Assembly (NCBI RefSeq): GCF_003018115.1 | Contig: NZ_CP027457.1 | Source of the DNA: Escherichia coli | GTDB taxonomy: Bacteria > Pseudomonadota > Gammaproteobacteria > Enterobacterales > Enterobacteriaceae | Length of the DNA stretch: 64,000 nucleotides | Reading direction: 5' to 3' (one strand) | Part shown: in pieces, positions 18,905 to 30,063 of the stretch | How positions within the stretch are numbered: position 1 is the stretch's first letter | Layout of the letters: the number at the start of each line of letters is the position of its first letter | The notes under the pieces: generated by a model | What the model saw: the letters and a program-made list of their open reading frames with translations, nothing else | The model's database searches: none | Told to the model about the DNA's origin: nothing | Made by a program: the position numbers and the translations under genes

Positions 18905-19465
18905 ATGCCAAGCGCCCACAGTGTTAAGCTACGCCCGCTGGAGCGTGAAGATTTACGCTATGTACATCAACTCGACAATAACGCCAGTGTGATGCGTTAC
19001 TGGTTTGAGGAACCCTACGAAGCCTTTGTTGAACTCTCTGATCTGTATGATAAGCATATTCACGATCAGAGCGAACGGCGCTTTGTGGTGGAATGTGACG
19101 GCGAAAAAGCCGGTCTGGTGGAGCTGGTGGAAATTAACCATGTTCATCGCCGCGCAGAATTTCAGATAATTATCTCCCCGGAGTATCAGGGGAAAGGTCT
19201 GGCAACCCGTGCCGCCAAATTAGCAATGGACTATGGCTTCACCGTTCTCAATCTCTATAAGCTGTATCTGATCGTCGATAAAGAGAATGAAAAAGCGATT
19301 CACATTTACCGCAAGCTTGGCTTTACGGTTGAAGGTGAATTGATGCATGAGTTCTTTATTAATGGTCAATATCGTAATGCCATTCGCATGTGTATATTCC
19401 AGCATCAGTATCTGGCAGAGCACAAAACACCGGGTCAGACTCTCCTGAAGCCGACCGCACAATAG
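18905..19465 (+). CDS. speG: spermidine N1-acetyltransferase
   Basis: 186 aa GNAT-family protein [23 protein letters not shown]... Confidence 0.9.
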   Translation: MPSAHSVKLRPLEREDLRYVHQLDNNASVMRYWFEEPYEAFVELSDLYDKHIHDQSERRFVVECDGEKAGLVELVEINHVHRRAEFQIIISPEYQGKGLATRAAKLAMDYGFTVLNLYKLYLIVDKENEKAIHIYRKLGFTVEGELMHEFFINGQYRNAIRMCIFQHQYLAEHKTPGQTLLKPTAQ

Positions 19466-19467
19466 CA

Positions 19468-20178
19468 TTAATAATAATCGATCGTATTTTTGATGGTGTA
19501 AACCCGTTCGACGGCGGGTTTTACTCCTTCATCAACAATGATCAGCTGACAGTCCACCGGATTGGCGTGACTGTCATATTCACAGCTCTGTTTTACATTA
19601 CCAACTCGTTGATTATTCAGTAAAGTAACCGCTGTGTAATCTAATTTTTTGATCGGGTCCGTTGATGGCGTGGCGCTGACAGATAATGTTTTGTCGTTAC
19701 TTTTCGTGGTTTTACCCAGTGGATAACCCTGATCATCATAGCGATATTCCATCTGCATTTGTTTGCTGCTGGCTTTAATCACGAAGCCATTATCATCGGT
19801 TTCCCAACTCACCCCGGCGGAAGGTAATTCCGCTAGCTGGCATTTTCCCTGTAAACGTACTCTCTTCTCCAGCGTCTCGGCATCACGGTAATAATTGGCG
19901 TCCAGTACCAGAGCGACCACGGTATTATTTTCCAGATCCAGTAATTCGAGTGAATCAAAACAGCCTTCTTCCGACAAAGTCCCCGAAACACGTTTCGTCA
20001 CTTCACCTTGCTCATCCATTAATGTCTGAGTGAAATCTTTTACCGGACCACGCAGCGGATCAAAATCGAATTCATTAGAGAAACTGGCCATCTCAGGAGT
20101 AAATGAAAGTGTTACCTCTGTGCGGTCACATCCTGTGAGGAATATCGCGAGTAAGCATGGTAGTAATTTGTATTTCAC
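19468..20178 (-). CDS. ynfC: lipoprotein YnfC
   Basis: lipobox LTGC; likely GTG start at 20178. Confidence 0.85.
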   Translation of the reverse strand: MKYKLLPCLLAIFLTGCDRTEVTLSFTPEMASFSNEFDFDPLRGPVKDFTQTLMDEQGEVTKRVSGTLSEEGCFDSLELLDLENNTVVALVLDANYYRDAETLEKRVRLQGKCQLAELPSAGVSWETDDNGFVIKASSKQMQMEYRYDDQGYPLGKTTKSNDKTLSVSATPSTDPIKKLDYTAVTLLNNQRVGNVKQSCEYDSHANPVDCQLIIVDEGVKPAVERVYTIKNTIDYY

Positions 20179-20285
20179 AACAGTCACCAGAGAGTAGAGA
20201 TGATTCTCAATCATAGTAGCAAATACAGTACTTTACACGTTAAATGCTATGCTTAAAGAAGTTATCTTCGCGTAAGGAGCTTATG

Positions 20286-20591
20286 ATGAAACTCTCAACC
20301 TGCTGTGCCGCGCTTCTGCTCGCCCTCGCCTCACCCGCGGTACTTGCCGCGCCGGGATCCTGTGAGCGCATACAGAGCGATATATCACAGCGCATTATCA
20401 ATAATGGCGTACCCGAAAGCAGCTTCACGTTAAGTATTGTACCCAATGACCAGGTTGATCAGCCTGATTCCCAGGTCGTCGGGCATTGTGCTAATGATAC
20501 GCATAAAATTCTCTACACCCGCACCACCAGCGGTAACGTCTCTGCTCCCGCGCAGTCTACCCAGGATGGCGCGCCTGCCGAACCGCAGTAA
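20286..20591 (+). CDS. ynfD: secreted protein YnfD
   Basis: MKLSTCCAALLLALASPAVLA signal peptide. Confidence 0.85.
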   Translation: MKLSTCCAALLLALASPAVLAAPGSCERIQSDISQRIINNGVPESSFTLSIVPNDQVDQPDSQVVGHCANDTHKILYTRTTSGNVSAPAQSTQDGAPAEPQ

Positions 20592-20607
20592 CACATTATC
20601 GACTGAA

Positions 20608-20630
20608 CGCCGGATATGACACATCCGGCG
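20608..20630 (+). terminator. putative hairpin terminator after ynfD
   Basis: CGCCGGAT-ATGACAC-ATCCGGCG stem-loop. Confidence 0.4.
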
Positions 20631-20789
20631 ATTTGAACATACAACATAATCCCACCATATTACTCATACCCTTCTATTGATGTGGATTAATAATTCTTAA
20701 CCCAAAATGGGTAGACTTCCTCTATTGTTAGCGCGCTAAATATTCAATATATAAACATTTATATAACGATAAAGAACAGGGAGTGAGTT

Positions 20790-23216
20790 ATGTCAAAAAA
20801 TGACCGAATGGTGGGCATCAGCCGCAGAACACTCGTTAAATCTACCGCGATAGGTTCTCTGGCGCTGGCTGCAGGCGGTTTTTCTTTGCCGTTTACCCTG
20901 CGCAGTGCAGCAGCAGCGGTACAACAGGCCCGCGAAAAAGTGGTCTGGGGTGCCTGTTCCGTCAACTGTGGTAGCCGCTGTGCACTTCGTCTACATGTTA
21001 AAGATAATGAAGTGACCTGGGTGGAAACTGACAATACCGGCAGCGATGAGTACGGCAACCATCAGGTACGCGCCTGTTTGCGCGGTCGCTCCATCCGCCG
21101 GCGTATTAATCATCCCGATCGCTTGAATTACCCAATGAAACGCGTGGGTAAACGCGGTGAAGGCAAATTCGAACGGATTAGCTGGGATGAAGCCCTGGAT
21201 ACTATCGCCAGTAGCCTGAAGAAAACCGTCGAACAATATGGCAATGAGGCTGTATATATTCAGTACTCTTCGGGGATCGTTGGCGGCAATATGACCCGCT
21301 CTTCGCCATCAGCCTCGGCGGTCAAACGCCTGATGAACTGCTACGGCGGTTCACTCAATCAGTATGGCTCCTACAGCACCGCACAAATTTCCTGTGCCAT
21401 GCCCTACACCTACGGCAGTAATGATGGCAACAGCACCACGGATATTGAAAACAGCAAGCTGGTCGTGATGTTTGGTAACAACCCGGCAGAAACCCGCATG
21501 AGCGGCGGTGGCATCACTTATCTTCTTGAAAAAGCGCGCGAGAAATCGAACGCCAAAATGATTGTTATCGATCCGCGATATACCGATACGGCTGCTGGTC
21601 GTGAAGATGAATGGCTTCCTATTCGCCCGGGCACCGATGCCGCGCTGGTTGCGGGGATTGCCTGGGTATTGATTAACGAAAATCTCGTTGATCAACCTTT
21701 TCTCGATAAATACTGCGTCGGCTATGACGAAAATACCTTACCCGCAGATGCACCCAAAAATGGTCACTATAAAGCCTATATTCTTGGTGAAGGAAACGAT
21801 AAAACAGCGAAAACGCCGCAGTGGGCTTCGCAAATTACCGGTATCCCGGTGGACCGTATCATCAAACTGGCGCGTGAAATTGGCACAGCAAAACCCGCTT
21901 ATATCTGCCAGGGCTGGGGGCCACAACGCCAGGCAAACGGCGAGCTGACCGCACGCGCTATTGCTATGTTGCCTATTCTGACGGGCAATGTCGGCATCAG
22001 CGGCGGAAATAGTGGCGCGCGTGAATCGACCTATACCATTACCATAGAACGCCTGCCGGTGCTGGATAATCCGGTCAAAACGTCAATCTCCTGCTTCAGC
22101 TGGACAGATGCTATCGATCATGGCCCGCAAATGACGGCAATCCGCGACGGCGTCCGGGGCAAAGATAAACTGGATGTGCCCATTAAGTTCATCTGGAACT
22201 ACGCGGGAAATACCCTGGTTAATCAGCATTCTGACATCAACAAAACGCATGAAATTCTGCAGGACGAATCGAAATGCGAAATGATTGTGGTCATCGAAAA
22301 CTTTATGACCTCATCGGCAAAATATGCCGACATTCTGCTGCCAGACCTGATGACCGTTGAGCAGGAAGATATTATTCCTAACGACTACGCCGGTAACATG
22401 GGATATCTCATTTTCCTCCAGCCAGTCACCAGCGAAAAATTCGAACGTAAACCGATTTACTGGATCCTGAGTGAAGTCGCGAAACGTCTTGGACCTGACG
22501 TCTATCAAAAGTTCACTGAAGGTCGCACGCAGGAACAATGGTTACAACATCTGTACGCCAAAATGCTTGCCAAAGATCCGGCGTTACCGTCTTACGACGA
22601 ACTGAAAAAAATGGGTATCTATAAGCGTAAAGATCCCAATGGTCATTTTGTCGCCTACAAAGCATTTCGTGACGACCCCGAGGCAAATCCACTTAAAACA
22701 CCTTCCGGTAAGATTGAAATTTATTCCAGCAAGCTGGCTGAAATTGCCCGTACCTGGGAACTGGAAAAAGATGAAGTGATAAGCCCACTGCCAGTTTATG
22801 CCTCTACCTTTGAAGGCTGGGACTCACCTGAACGTAGAACCTTCCCACTGCAACTGTTTGGTTTCCATTACAAATCCCGTACTCACTCGACCTACGGCAA
22901 TATTGATCTCCTGAAGGCTGCCTGCCGTCAGGAGGTGTGGATCAACCCTATAGATGCGCAGAAACGTGGGATTGCCAACGGCGATATGGTGCGGGTGTTT
23001 AACAATCGTGGCGAAGTTCGGCTACCAGCCAAAGTGACACCACGTATTCTCCCTGGAGTTAGCGCTATGGGCCAGGGAGCCTGGCACGAGGCCAATATGT
23101 CTGGCGATAAAATCGACCATGGAGGCTGTGTGAATACGCTAACCACTCTGCGCCCTTCACCACTGGCGAAGGGAAACCCGCAGCATACGAATCTGGTCGA
23201 GATCGAAAAAATATAA
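20790..23216 (+). CDS. ynfE: Tat-exported molybdopterin oxidoreductase, DMSO/selenate reductase family
   Basis: 808 aa; twin-arginine motif SRRTLVK; Cys cluster CSVNCGSRC. Confidence 0.9.
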   Translation: MSKNDRMVGISRRTLVKSTAIGSLALAAGGFSLPFTLRSAAAAVQQAREKVVWGACSVNCGSRCALRLHVKDNEVTWVETDNTGSDEYGNHQVRACLRGRSIRRRINHPDRLNYPMKRVGKRGEGKFERISWDEALDTIASSLKKTVEQYGNEAVYIQYSSGIVGGNMTRSSPSASAVKRLMNCYGGSLNQYGSYSTAQISCAMPYTYGSNDGNSTTDIENSKLVVMFGNNPAETRMSGGGITYLLEKAREKSNAKMIVIDPRYTDTAAGREDEWLPIRPGTDAALVAGIAWVLINENLVDQPFLDKYCVGYDENTLPADAPKNGHYKAYILGEGNDKTAKTPQWASQITGIPVDRIIKLAREIGTAKPAYICQGWGPQRQANGELTARAIAMLPILTGNVGISGGNSGARESTYTITIERLPVLDNPVKTSISCFSWTDAIDHGPQMTAIRDGVRGKDKLDVPIKFIWNYAGNTLVNQHSDINKTHEILQDESKCEMIVVIENFMTSSAKYADILLPDLMTVEQEDIIPNDYAGNMGYLIFLQPVTSEKFERKPIYWILSEVAKRLGPDVYQKFTEGRTQEQWLQHLYAKMLAKDPALPSYDELKKMGIYKRKDPNGHFVAYKAFRDDPEANPLKTPSGKIEIYSSKLAEIARTWELEKDEVISPLPVYASTFEGWDSPERRTFPLQLFGFHYKSRTHSTYGNIDLLKAACRQEVWINPIDAQKRGIANGDMVRVFNNRGEVRLPAKVTPRILPGVSAMGQGAWHEANMSGDKIDHGGCVNTLTTLRPSPLAKGNPQHTNLVEIEKI

Positions 23217-23273
23217 CCCACTACAACCATAAATTCTGGCATGACATTTTGTTTGAAAAGCAATAAGTGAGTA

Positions 23274-25700
23274 ATGATGAAAATCCATACCACAGAGGCG
23301 CTCATGAAGGCTGAAATCAGCCGTAGAAGTCTGATGAAAACCTCCGCACTTGGCAGTCTTGCGCTGGCAAGCAGTGCTTTCACTCTGCCATTTTCCCAAA
23401 TGGTCCGAGCGGCAGAGGCACCGGTAGAAGAGAAAGCGGTCTGGAGTTCCTGCACCGTTAACTGCGGGAGCCGCTGTCTGTTACGTTTGCATGTGAAAGA
23501 TGACACCGTGTACTGGGTGGAGTCTGATACGACAGGTGACGACGTCTACGGTAATCATCAGGTTCGTGCGTGTTTACGCGGGCGCTCTATCCGCCGACGG
23601 ATGAATCATCCTGATAGGTTGAAATATCCCATGAAGCGCGTCGGCAAGCGCGGTGAAGGTAAATTTGAACGGATAAGTTGGGACGAAGCCCTGGATACCA
23701 TCAGTGATAATCTTCGGCGGATCCTGAAAGATTACGGCAATGAGGCTGTACATGTCCTGTACGGAACAGGCGTAGATGGCGGAAACATCACCAACTCAAA
23801 CGTCCCGTACCGTCTGATGAACTCATGTGGTGGTTTTCTCAGTCGCTATGGCAGCTACAGTACCGCACAGATCAGTGCCGCAATGAGTTATATGTTCGGT
23901 GCCAATGATGGCAACAGCCCGGATGATATCGCCAATACGAAACTGGTCGTTATGTTCGGAAATAACCCGGCAGAAACACGGATGAGCGGCGGTGGTGTCA
24001 CTTACTACGTCGAGCAAGCCCGCGAACGTTCAAACGCACGCATGATCGTCATCGATCCACGTTATAACGACACAGCTGCCGGGCGTGAAGATGAATGGCT
24101 GCCCATTCGCCCTGGCACCGATGGCGCACTGGCCTGTGCGATTGCCTGGGTACTGATTACTGAAAACATGGTCGATCAGCCATTTCTCGACAAATATTGT
24201 GTTGGTTACGATGAAAAAACGCTGCCCGCCAACGCACCACGTAACGCGCATTATAAAGCCTATATTCTGGGCGAAGGGCCTGACGGCATAGCTAAAACGC
24301 CGGAATGGGCAGCAAAAATCACCAGCATCCCGGCAGAAAAAATTATCCAGTTGGCACGAGAGATCGGTTCAGCAAAACCTGCTTATATTTGTCAGGGTTG
24401 GGGGCCACAACGACACTCCAACGGCGAACAAACATCCCGCGCTATTGCCATGCTTTCCGTTCTCACCGGTAACGTCGGCATAAACGGCGGCAACTCAGGC
24501 GTACGCGAAGGTAGCTGGGATCTGGGGGTAGAATGGTTCCCGATGCTCGAGAATCCTGTTAAAACGCAGATTTCCGTCTTTACATGGACAGATGCCATCG
24601 ACCATGGTACGGAAATGACCGCGACCCGTGATGGTGTTCGTGGAAAAGAAAAACTGGATGTCCCCATCAAGTTTTTATGGTGCTACGCCAGTAACACATT
24701 GATCAATCAACATGGCGACATCAATCACACCCATGAGGTGCTTCAGGATGACAGCAAGTGCGAGATGATTGTTGGCATTGACCACTTCATGACTGCCTCG
24801 GCTAAGTATTGCGATATCCTGTTGCCCGACCTGATGCCAACAGAGCAAGAAGACCTTATCTCTCATGAATCTGCAGGGAATATGGGCTATGTGATCCTCG
24901 CCCAACCCGCAACCTCAGCAAAATTTGAACGCAAACCCATCTACTGGATGCTGAGTGAAGTCGCCAAACGCTTAGGACCAGACGTTTATCAAACCTTTAC
25001 TGAAGGTCGCAGTCAGCATGAATGGATCAAATATCTCCATGCGAAAACGAAGGAACGTAACCCTGAGATGCCCGACTACGAGGAGATGAAAACGACCGGG
25101 ATCTTTAAGAAAAAATGCCCGGAAGAACACTACGTCGCTTTCCGCGCATTCCGTGAAGATCCACAGGCAAACCCGTTGAAAACACCTTCGGGGAAAATCG
25201 AAATTTATTCTGAACGACTGGCGAAGATTGCAGATACCTGGGAATTGAAAAAAGATGAAGTTATTCATCCCCTTCCAGCTTATACGCCAGGTTTTGATGG
25301 CTGGGACGATCCCCTGCGGAAAACCTATCCACTGCAGTTAACGGGCTTCCACTACAAAGCGCGTACCCACTCCAGCTACGGCAATATTGATGTGTTACAG
25401 CAGGCCTGCCCACAAGAGGTGTGGATCAACCCCATTGATGCTCAGGCACGCGGTATCCGTCATGGCGATACCGTGCGGGTATTTAACAATAATGGAGAAA
25501 TGCTGATTGCCGCAAAAGTGACTCCGCGTATTCTGCCTGGCGTTACCGCCATCGGGCAAGGTGCGTGGCTTAAAGCGGATATGTTTGGTGACCGGGTCGA
25601 TCACGGCGGCAGTATTAATATTCTGACCTCTCACCGCCCTTCACCGCTGGCAAAGGGAAACCCGTCGCACAGCAATCTTGTCCAGATCGAAAAGGTTTAA
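23274..25700 (+). CDS. ynfF: Tat-exported molybdopterin oxidoreductase, tandem paralog of ynfE
   Basis: 808 aa; twin-arginine motif SRRSLMK; Cys cluster CTVNCGSRC. Confidence 0.9.
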   Translation: MMKIHTTEALMKAEISRRSLMKTSALGSLALASSAFTLPFSQMVRAAEAPVEEKAVWSSCTVNCGSRCLLRLHVKDDTVYWVESDTTGDDVYGNHQVRACLRGRSIRRRMNHPDRLKYPMKRVGKRGEGKFERISWDEALDTISDNLRRILKDYGNEAVHVLYGTGVDGGNITNSNVPYRLMNSCGGFLSRYGSYSTAQISAAMSYMFGANDGNSPDDIANTKLVVMFGNNPAETRMSGGGVTYYVEQARERSNARMIVIDPRYNDTAAGREDEWLPIRPGTDGALACAIAWVLITENMVDQPFLDKYCVGYDEKTLPANAPRNAHYKAYILGEGPDGIAKTPEWAAKITSIPAEKIIQLAREIGSAKPAYICQGWGPQRHSNGEQTSRAIAMLSVLTGNVGINGGNSGVREGSWDLGVEWFPMLENPVKTQISVFTWTDAIDHGTEMTATRDGVRGKEKLDVPIKFLWCYASNTLINQHGDINHTHEVLQDDSKCEMIVGIDHFMTASAKYCDILLPDLMPTEQEDLISHESAGNMGYVILAQPATSAKFERKPIYWMLSEVAKRLGPDVYQTFTEGRSQHEWIKYLHAKTKERNPEMPDYEEMKTTGIFKKKCPEEHYVAFRAFREDPQANPLKTPSGKIEIYSERLAKIADTWELKKDEVIHPLPAYTPGFDGWDDPLRKTYPLQLTGFHYKARTHSSYGNIDVLQQACPQEVWINPIDAQARGIRHGDTVRVFNNNGEMLIAAKVTPRILPGVTAIGQGAWLKADMFGDRVDHGGSINILTSHRPSPLAKGNPSHSNLVQIEKV

Positions 25701-25710
25701 GGAGTAGCCC

Positions 25711-26328
25711 ATGACCACACAATATGGATTTTTTATCGATTCCAGCCGCTGTACTGGCTGTAAAACCTGCGAACTGGCGTGCAAAGATTTTAAAGATCTT
25801 GGCCCGGAAGTCAGTTTCCGCCGTATTTATGAATATGCTGGCGGCGACTGGCAGGAAGATAATGGCGTCTGGCACCAGAACGTGTTCGCTTATTATCTCT
25901 CCATCTCCTGTAACCATTGCGATGACCCCGCATGTACAAAAGTCTGCCCCAGCGGCGCAATGCATAAGCGTGAAGATGGCTTTGTGGTGGTTGATGAAGA
26001 TGTTTGTATCGGCTGCCGCTACTGCCACATGGCTTGTCCGTACGGCGCGCCACAGTACAATGCTGAAAAAGGACACATGACGAAGTGCGATGGTTGTTAT
26101 TCGCGCGTCGCCGAGGGGAAACAACCCATATGTGTCGAATCCTGCCCACTGCGTGCACTTGAGTTCGGTCCAATTGAAGAGCTGCGCCAGAAGCACGGCA
26201 CTCTTGCTGCCGTCGCGCCACTGCCGCGCGCGCATTTCACAAAACCCAATATCGTTATCAAACCTAACGCCAACAGCCGCCCGACCGGCGATACCACTGG
26301 TTATCTGGCTAATCCGGAGGAAGTGTAA
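25711..26328 (+). CDS. ynfG: 4Fe-4S ferredoxin-type subunit (DmsB-like)
   Basis: 205 aa with four CxxCxxCxxxCP clusters. Confidence 0.9.
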   Translation: MTTQYGFFIDSSRCTGCKTCELACKDFKDLGPEVSFRRIYEYAGGDWQEDNGVWHQNVFAYYLSISCNHCDDPACTKVCPSGAMHKREDGFVVVDEDVCIGCRYCHMACPYGAPQYNAEKGHMTKCDGCYSRVAEGKQPICVESCPLRALEFGPIEELRQKHGTLAAVAPLPRAHFTKPNIVIKPNANSRPTGDTTGYLANPEEV

Positions 26329-26329
26329 A

Positions 26330-27184
26330 ATGGGAAATGGATGGCATGAATGGCCACTGGTTATCTTTACCGTATTGGGTCAATGCGTAGTAGGCGCGCT
26401 GATTGTTAGCGGAATTGGCTGGTTCGCCGCCAAAAATGACGCAGACCGTCAGCGTATTGTCCGTGGCATGTTTTTCCTCTGGCTGTTGATGGGCATCGGG
26501 TTTATTGCCTCTGTCATGCACCTGGGATCGCCACTGCGAGCGTTTAACTCGCTGAATCGAATCGGAGCTTCTGGTCTGAGTAACGAGATTGCTGCCGGTT
26601 CCATATTTTTTGCCGTTGGCGGACTATGGTGGCTGGTGGCGGTCATCGGTAAAATGCCGCAAGCGTTGGGGAAACTCTGGTTACTTGTCAGCATGGCGCT
26701 CGGCGTCATTTTCGTCTGGATGATGACCTGCGTGTATCAAATCGACACCGTGCCAACCTGGCATAACGGTTACACTACGCTGGCTTTCTTCCTGACGGTA
26801 TTGTTGAGCGGTCCAATACTTGCTGCCGCAATTCTACGGGCAGCTCGCGTTACATTTAATACCACACCATTTACCATCATTAGCGTTCTGGCGCTGATCG
26901 CTTGTGCCGGGGTGATTGTGCTGCAAGGTTTGTCTCTGGCGTCTATTCACTCATCCGTGCAACAAGCCAGCGCACTGGTACCAGATTACGCCTCCTTACA
27001 GGTCTGGCGTGTGGTATTGTTATGCGCAGGTCTTGGATGCTGGCTTTGCCCGCTCATTCGTCGCCGTGAACCTCACGTTGCCGGACTTATTCTGGGGCTA
27101 ATCCTCATACTTGGCGGTGAGATGATCGGGCGTGTGCTCTTTTATGGCCTGCACATGACAGTAGGAATGGCTATTGCAGGTTAA
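26330..27184 (+). CDS. ynfH: membrane anchor subunit (DmsC-like)
   Basis: 284-aa polytopic membrane protein starting MGNGWHEWPLV. Confidence 0.85.
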   Translation: MGNGWHEWPLVIFTVLGQCVVGALIVSGIGWFAAKNDADRQRIVRGMFFLWLLMGIGFIASVMHLGSPLRAFNSLNRIGASGLSNEIAAGSIFFAVGGLWWLVAVIGKMPQALGKLWLLVSMALGVIFVWMMTCVYQIDTVPTWHNGYTTLAFFLTVLLSGPILAAAILRAARVTFNTTPFTIISVLALIACAGVIVLQGLSLASIHSSVQQASALVPDYASLQVWRVVLLCAGLGCWLCPLIRRREPHVAGLILGLILILGGEMIGRVLFYGLHMTVGMAIAG

Positions 27185-27226
27185 CAAATTGGTGCGGGGC
27201 AACCCGCACATTTCAGGATGTTAGGA

Positions 27227-27841
27227 ATGACCCATTTTTCACAGCAAGATAATTTTTCTGTCGCGGCGCGCGTGTTGGGCGCGCTGTTTTATTACGCTCC
27301 AGAGAGTGCGGAAGCCGCACCTCTGGTTGCGGTACTCACCCGTGACGGCTGGGAAACTCAGTGGCCTCTACCAGAAGCGTCATTAGCGCCGCTGGTGACG
27401 GCTTTTCAGACACAGTGTGAAGAGACTCACGCCCAGGCCTGGCAGCGTTTGTTTGTCGGCCCGTGGGCACTGCCGTCTCCGCCGTGGGGGTCGGTCTGGC
27501 TGGATCGCGAATCTGTGCTGTTTGGCGATTCAACATTGGCACTTCGTCAGTGGATGCGCGAGAAAGGCATTCAGTTTGAAATGAAGCAAAACGAACCGGA
27601 AGATCATTTTGGTTCACTGCTGTTGATGGCTGCGTGGTTGGCGGAGAATGGTCGCCAGACAGAATGCGAAGAATTGCTGGCATGGCACCTTTTTCCCTGG
27701 TCAACACGTTTTCTTGACGTTTTTATCGAAAAAGCAGAACACCCTTTCTACCGTGCACTGGGTGAACTGGCTCGCTTAACGCTGGCGCAATGGCAATCAC
27801 AACTGTTGATTCCTGTCGCGGTTAAACCACTCTTTCGATAG
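27227..27841 (+). CDS. dmsD: Tat proofreading chaperone DmsD
   Basis: MTHFSQQDNFSVAARVLGALFYYAPESAEA... Confidence 0.9.
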   Translation: MTHFSQQDNFSVAARVLGALFYYAPESAEAAPLVAVLTRDGWETQWPLPEASLAPLVTAFQTQCEETHAQAWQRLFVGPWALPSPPWGSVWLDRESVLFGDSTLALRQWMREKGIQFEMKQNEPEDHFGSLLLMAAWLAENGRQTECEELLAWHLFPWSTRFLDVFIEKAEHPFYRALGELARLTLAQWQSQLLIPVAVKPLFR

Positions 27842-28034
27842 GATGACCGTAATATTGCCGGATAGTGGCGATTACGCGCAATTCGGCAATAATAGGTTAC
27901 AGTGTCACGTTTTTTGTCTCTTAAAGCACGCACTGCTTTTGCAGCTGGCCTCTTTTGCCGCAAAATAGTCGCCCGTGTTTCATTGCCCATTTCTGCTCAT
28001 GCATCATCTACACACCTATCCGGATCTGCGCACT

Positions 28035-29291
28035 ATGTTCCGCCGTCTGCTTATCGCAACAGTCGTCGGTATTCTCGCGGCCTTTGCCGTTGCCGGGTTT
28101 CGTCATGCGATGCTGCTACTGGAGTGGTTGTTCCTCAATAATGACTCCGGCAGTCTGGTCAATGCAGCGACAAACCTTTCCCCCTGGCGACGGCTGCTAA
28201 CTCCGGCGCTCGGCGGACTGGCGGCGGGTTTGTTGCTGATGGGCTGGCAGAAATTTACCCAGCAACGCCCTCATGCGCCGACCGATTACATGGAAGCGTT
28301 GCAAACCGATGTGCAGTTTGATTACGCAGCAAGCCTGGTTAAATCGCTTGCCTCTCTGCTGGTAGTAACCAGCGGCAGTGCAATTGGTCGCGAAGGTGCG
28401 ATGATTCTTTTAGCTGCCCTTGCCGCCTCCTGTTTTGCCCAACGTTTTACGCCACGCCAGGAGTGGAAATTATGGATCGCCTGTGGGGCCGCGGCGGGAA
28501 TGGCTGCGGCCTATCGTGCCCCGCTTGCTGGCAGTTTATTTATAGCCGAAGTGCTGTTTGGCACTATGATGTTGGCCTCTCTCGGCCCGGTGATTATTTC
28601 CGCCGTCGTGGCATTGCTGGTTAGCAATCTGATTAATCATAGCGACGCGTTACTCTACAGCGTACAACTCTCAGTGACGGTTCAGGCTCGTGACTATGCG
28701 CTGATTATCAGTACAGGTGTGCTGGCAGGTCTGTGCGGACCACTGTTGTTAACGTTAATGAACGCCTGTCATCGTGGATTTGTGAGTCTCAAACTTGCGC
28801 CGCCCTGGCAACTGGCACTGGGCGGGTTGATCGTGGGTCTGCTTTCCCTGTTCACACCTGCAGTGTGGGGCAACGGCTATAGCACCGTACAATCCTTTTT
28901 AACCGCCCCGCCACTGTTAATGATCATTGCCGGGATCTTCCTTTGTAAACTGTGTGCCGTGCTGGCGAGTAGCGGTTCCGGCGCACCCGGTGGTGTCTTT
29001 ACACCGACGCTATTTATCGGTCTTGCCATTGGCATGTTGTATGGTCGTAGCCTGGGATTATGGTTCCCTGATGGCGAAGAAATTACGCTTTTACTCGGAT
29101 TGACCGGGATGGCGACACTGTTGGCGGCGACCACGCACGCGCCGATTATGTCGACGTTGATGATATGTGAAATGACCGGGGAGTATCAGCTACTCCCCGG
29201 TTTATTGATTGCCTGCGTAATTGCGTCGGTAATCTCGCGGACGTTACACCGTGAGTCTATCTACCGCCAGCACACTGCGCAGCATAGCTAA
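28035..29291 (+). CDS. clcB: voltage-gated ClC-type chloride channel ClcB
   Basis: 418 aa; GREG and GxFxP ClC motifs. Confidence 0.9.
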   Translation: MFRRLLIATVVGILAAFAVAGFRHAMLLLEWLFLNNDSGSLVNAATNLSPWRRLLTPALGGLAAGLLLMGWQKFTQQRPHAPTDYMEALQTDVQFDYAASLVKSLASLLVVTSGSAIGREGAMILLAALAASCFAQRFTPRQEWKLWIACGAAAGMAAAYRAPLAGSLFIAEVLFGTMMLASLGPVIISAVVALLVSNLINHSDALLYSVQLSVTVQARDYALIISTGVLAGLCGPLLLTLMNACHRGFVSLKLAPPWQLALGGLIVGLLSLFTPAVWGNGYSTVQSFLTAPPLLMIIAGIFLCKLCAVLASSGSGAPGGVFTPTLFIGLAIGMLYGRSLGLWFPDGEEITLLLGLTGMATLLAATTHAPIMSTLMICEMTGEYQLLPGLLIACVIASVISRTLHRESIYRQHTAQHS

Positions 29292-29939
29292 GCGGATGTA
29301 TTGCCCCAGTTCACGCTGTTCGGCGCGCGGCAGATAAGGCAGTTCACCAATGAGCGGTGCCGGAAGTTTTTTACCGAGCACATCAATGATTTCCGCATAA
29401 TGCGCCAGTCCTGGGTTGATTCGGTTAGCCACCCAGCCAATGAGCGGCAGCCCGTCGTTGGCAATCGCCTGAGCTGTTAGCAGCGCATGGTTAATGCAAC
29501 CTTCCTGAATACCGACAACCATCAACACCGGCAGTTGTTCCTGCACCACCCATTCAGAGAGTGGACGCAAATCATTCATCAGACTGCGCCAGCCGCCAGT
29601 CCCTTCTACCACGACATGATCGACTTTATCGGTCAGGTTTGCCAGGCCGTTTGAAATGAGGGTGTAATTGATTGGGCAACTGTGCGCCACGCTACTTTCT
29701 TCTTCGCTTAACGCGATAGGATTAACTGCTTCATAAGGCAGTTCGATGGTTGAAACACTCTGCAACACCAGGGCATCTTTATTACGCAGCCCTTCGGGTG
29801 TCTCTTTGCTCCCCTTCGCTACGGGTTTATATCCCGCAACCGTTTTTCCCTGGGAGGCTAACGCTTGTAGCAATGCGCGGGAAACCACCGTTTTCCCTAC
29901 AGAAGTGTCTGTACCGGTAATAAAGAAACGCTTCAGCAT
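29244..29939 (-). CDS. ynfK: dethiobiotin synthetase paralog YnfK
   Basis: P-loop GTDTSVGKT; 3' end overlaps clcB convergently. Confidence 0.85.
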   Translation of the reverse strand: MLKRFFITGTDTSVGKTVVSRALLQALASQGKTVAGYKPVAKGSKETPEGLRNKDALVLQSVSTIELPYEAVNPIALSEEESSVAHSCPINYTLISNGLANLTDKVDHVVVEGTGGWRSLMNDLRPLSEWVVQEQLPVLMVVGIQEGCINHALLTAQAIANDGLPLIGWVANRINPGLAHYAEIIDVLGKKLPAPLIGELPYLPRAEQRELGQYIRLAMLRSVLAVDRLTV

Positions 29940-30063
29940 CACTAACTCCACCGTTATGCTTCACAAATATAAACCAGGAAAATAATTAACCTTGAAAGTC
30001 TAAGTTATGCTTTCCTGGCCCAAATTGAGATAGCGCAAATTTTGGTAGAACAGTTAAAAAATG

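Noticed and set aside
22928-23506. 192-aa minus-strand ORF spanning the ynfE-ynfF junction
   Set aside because: Antisense to two well-supported molybdoenzyme genes, no RBS, composition typical of a shadow ORF in GC-rich coding DNA.
25615-26235. 206-aa minus-strand ORF
   Set aside because: Antisense shadow of ynfG (ferredoxin subunit); no independent support.
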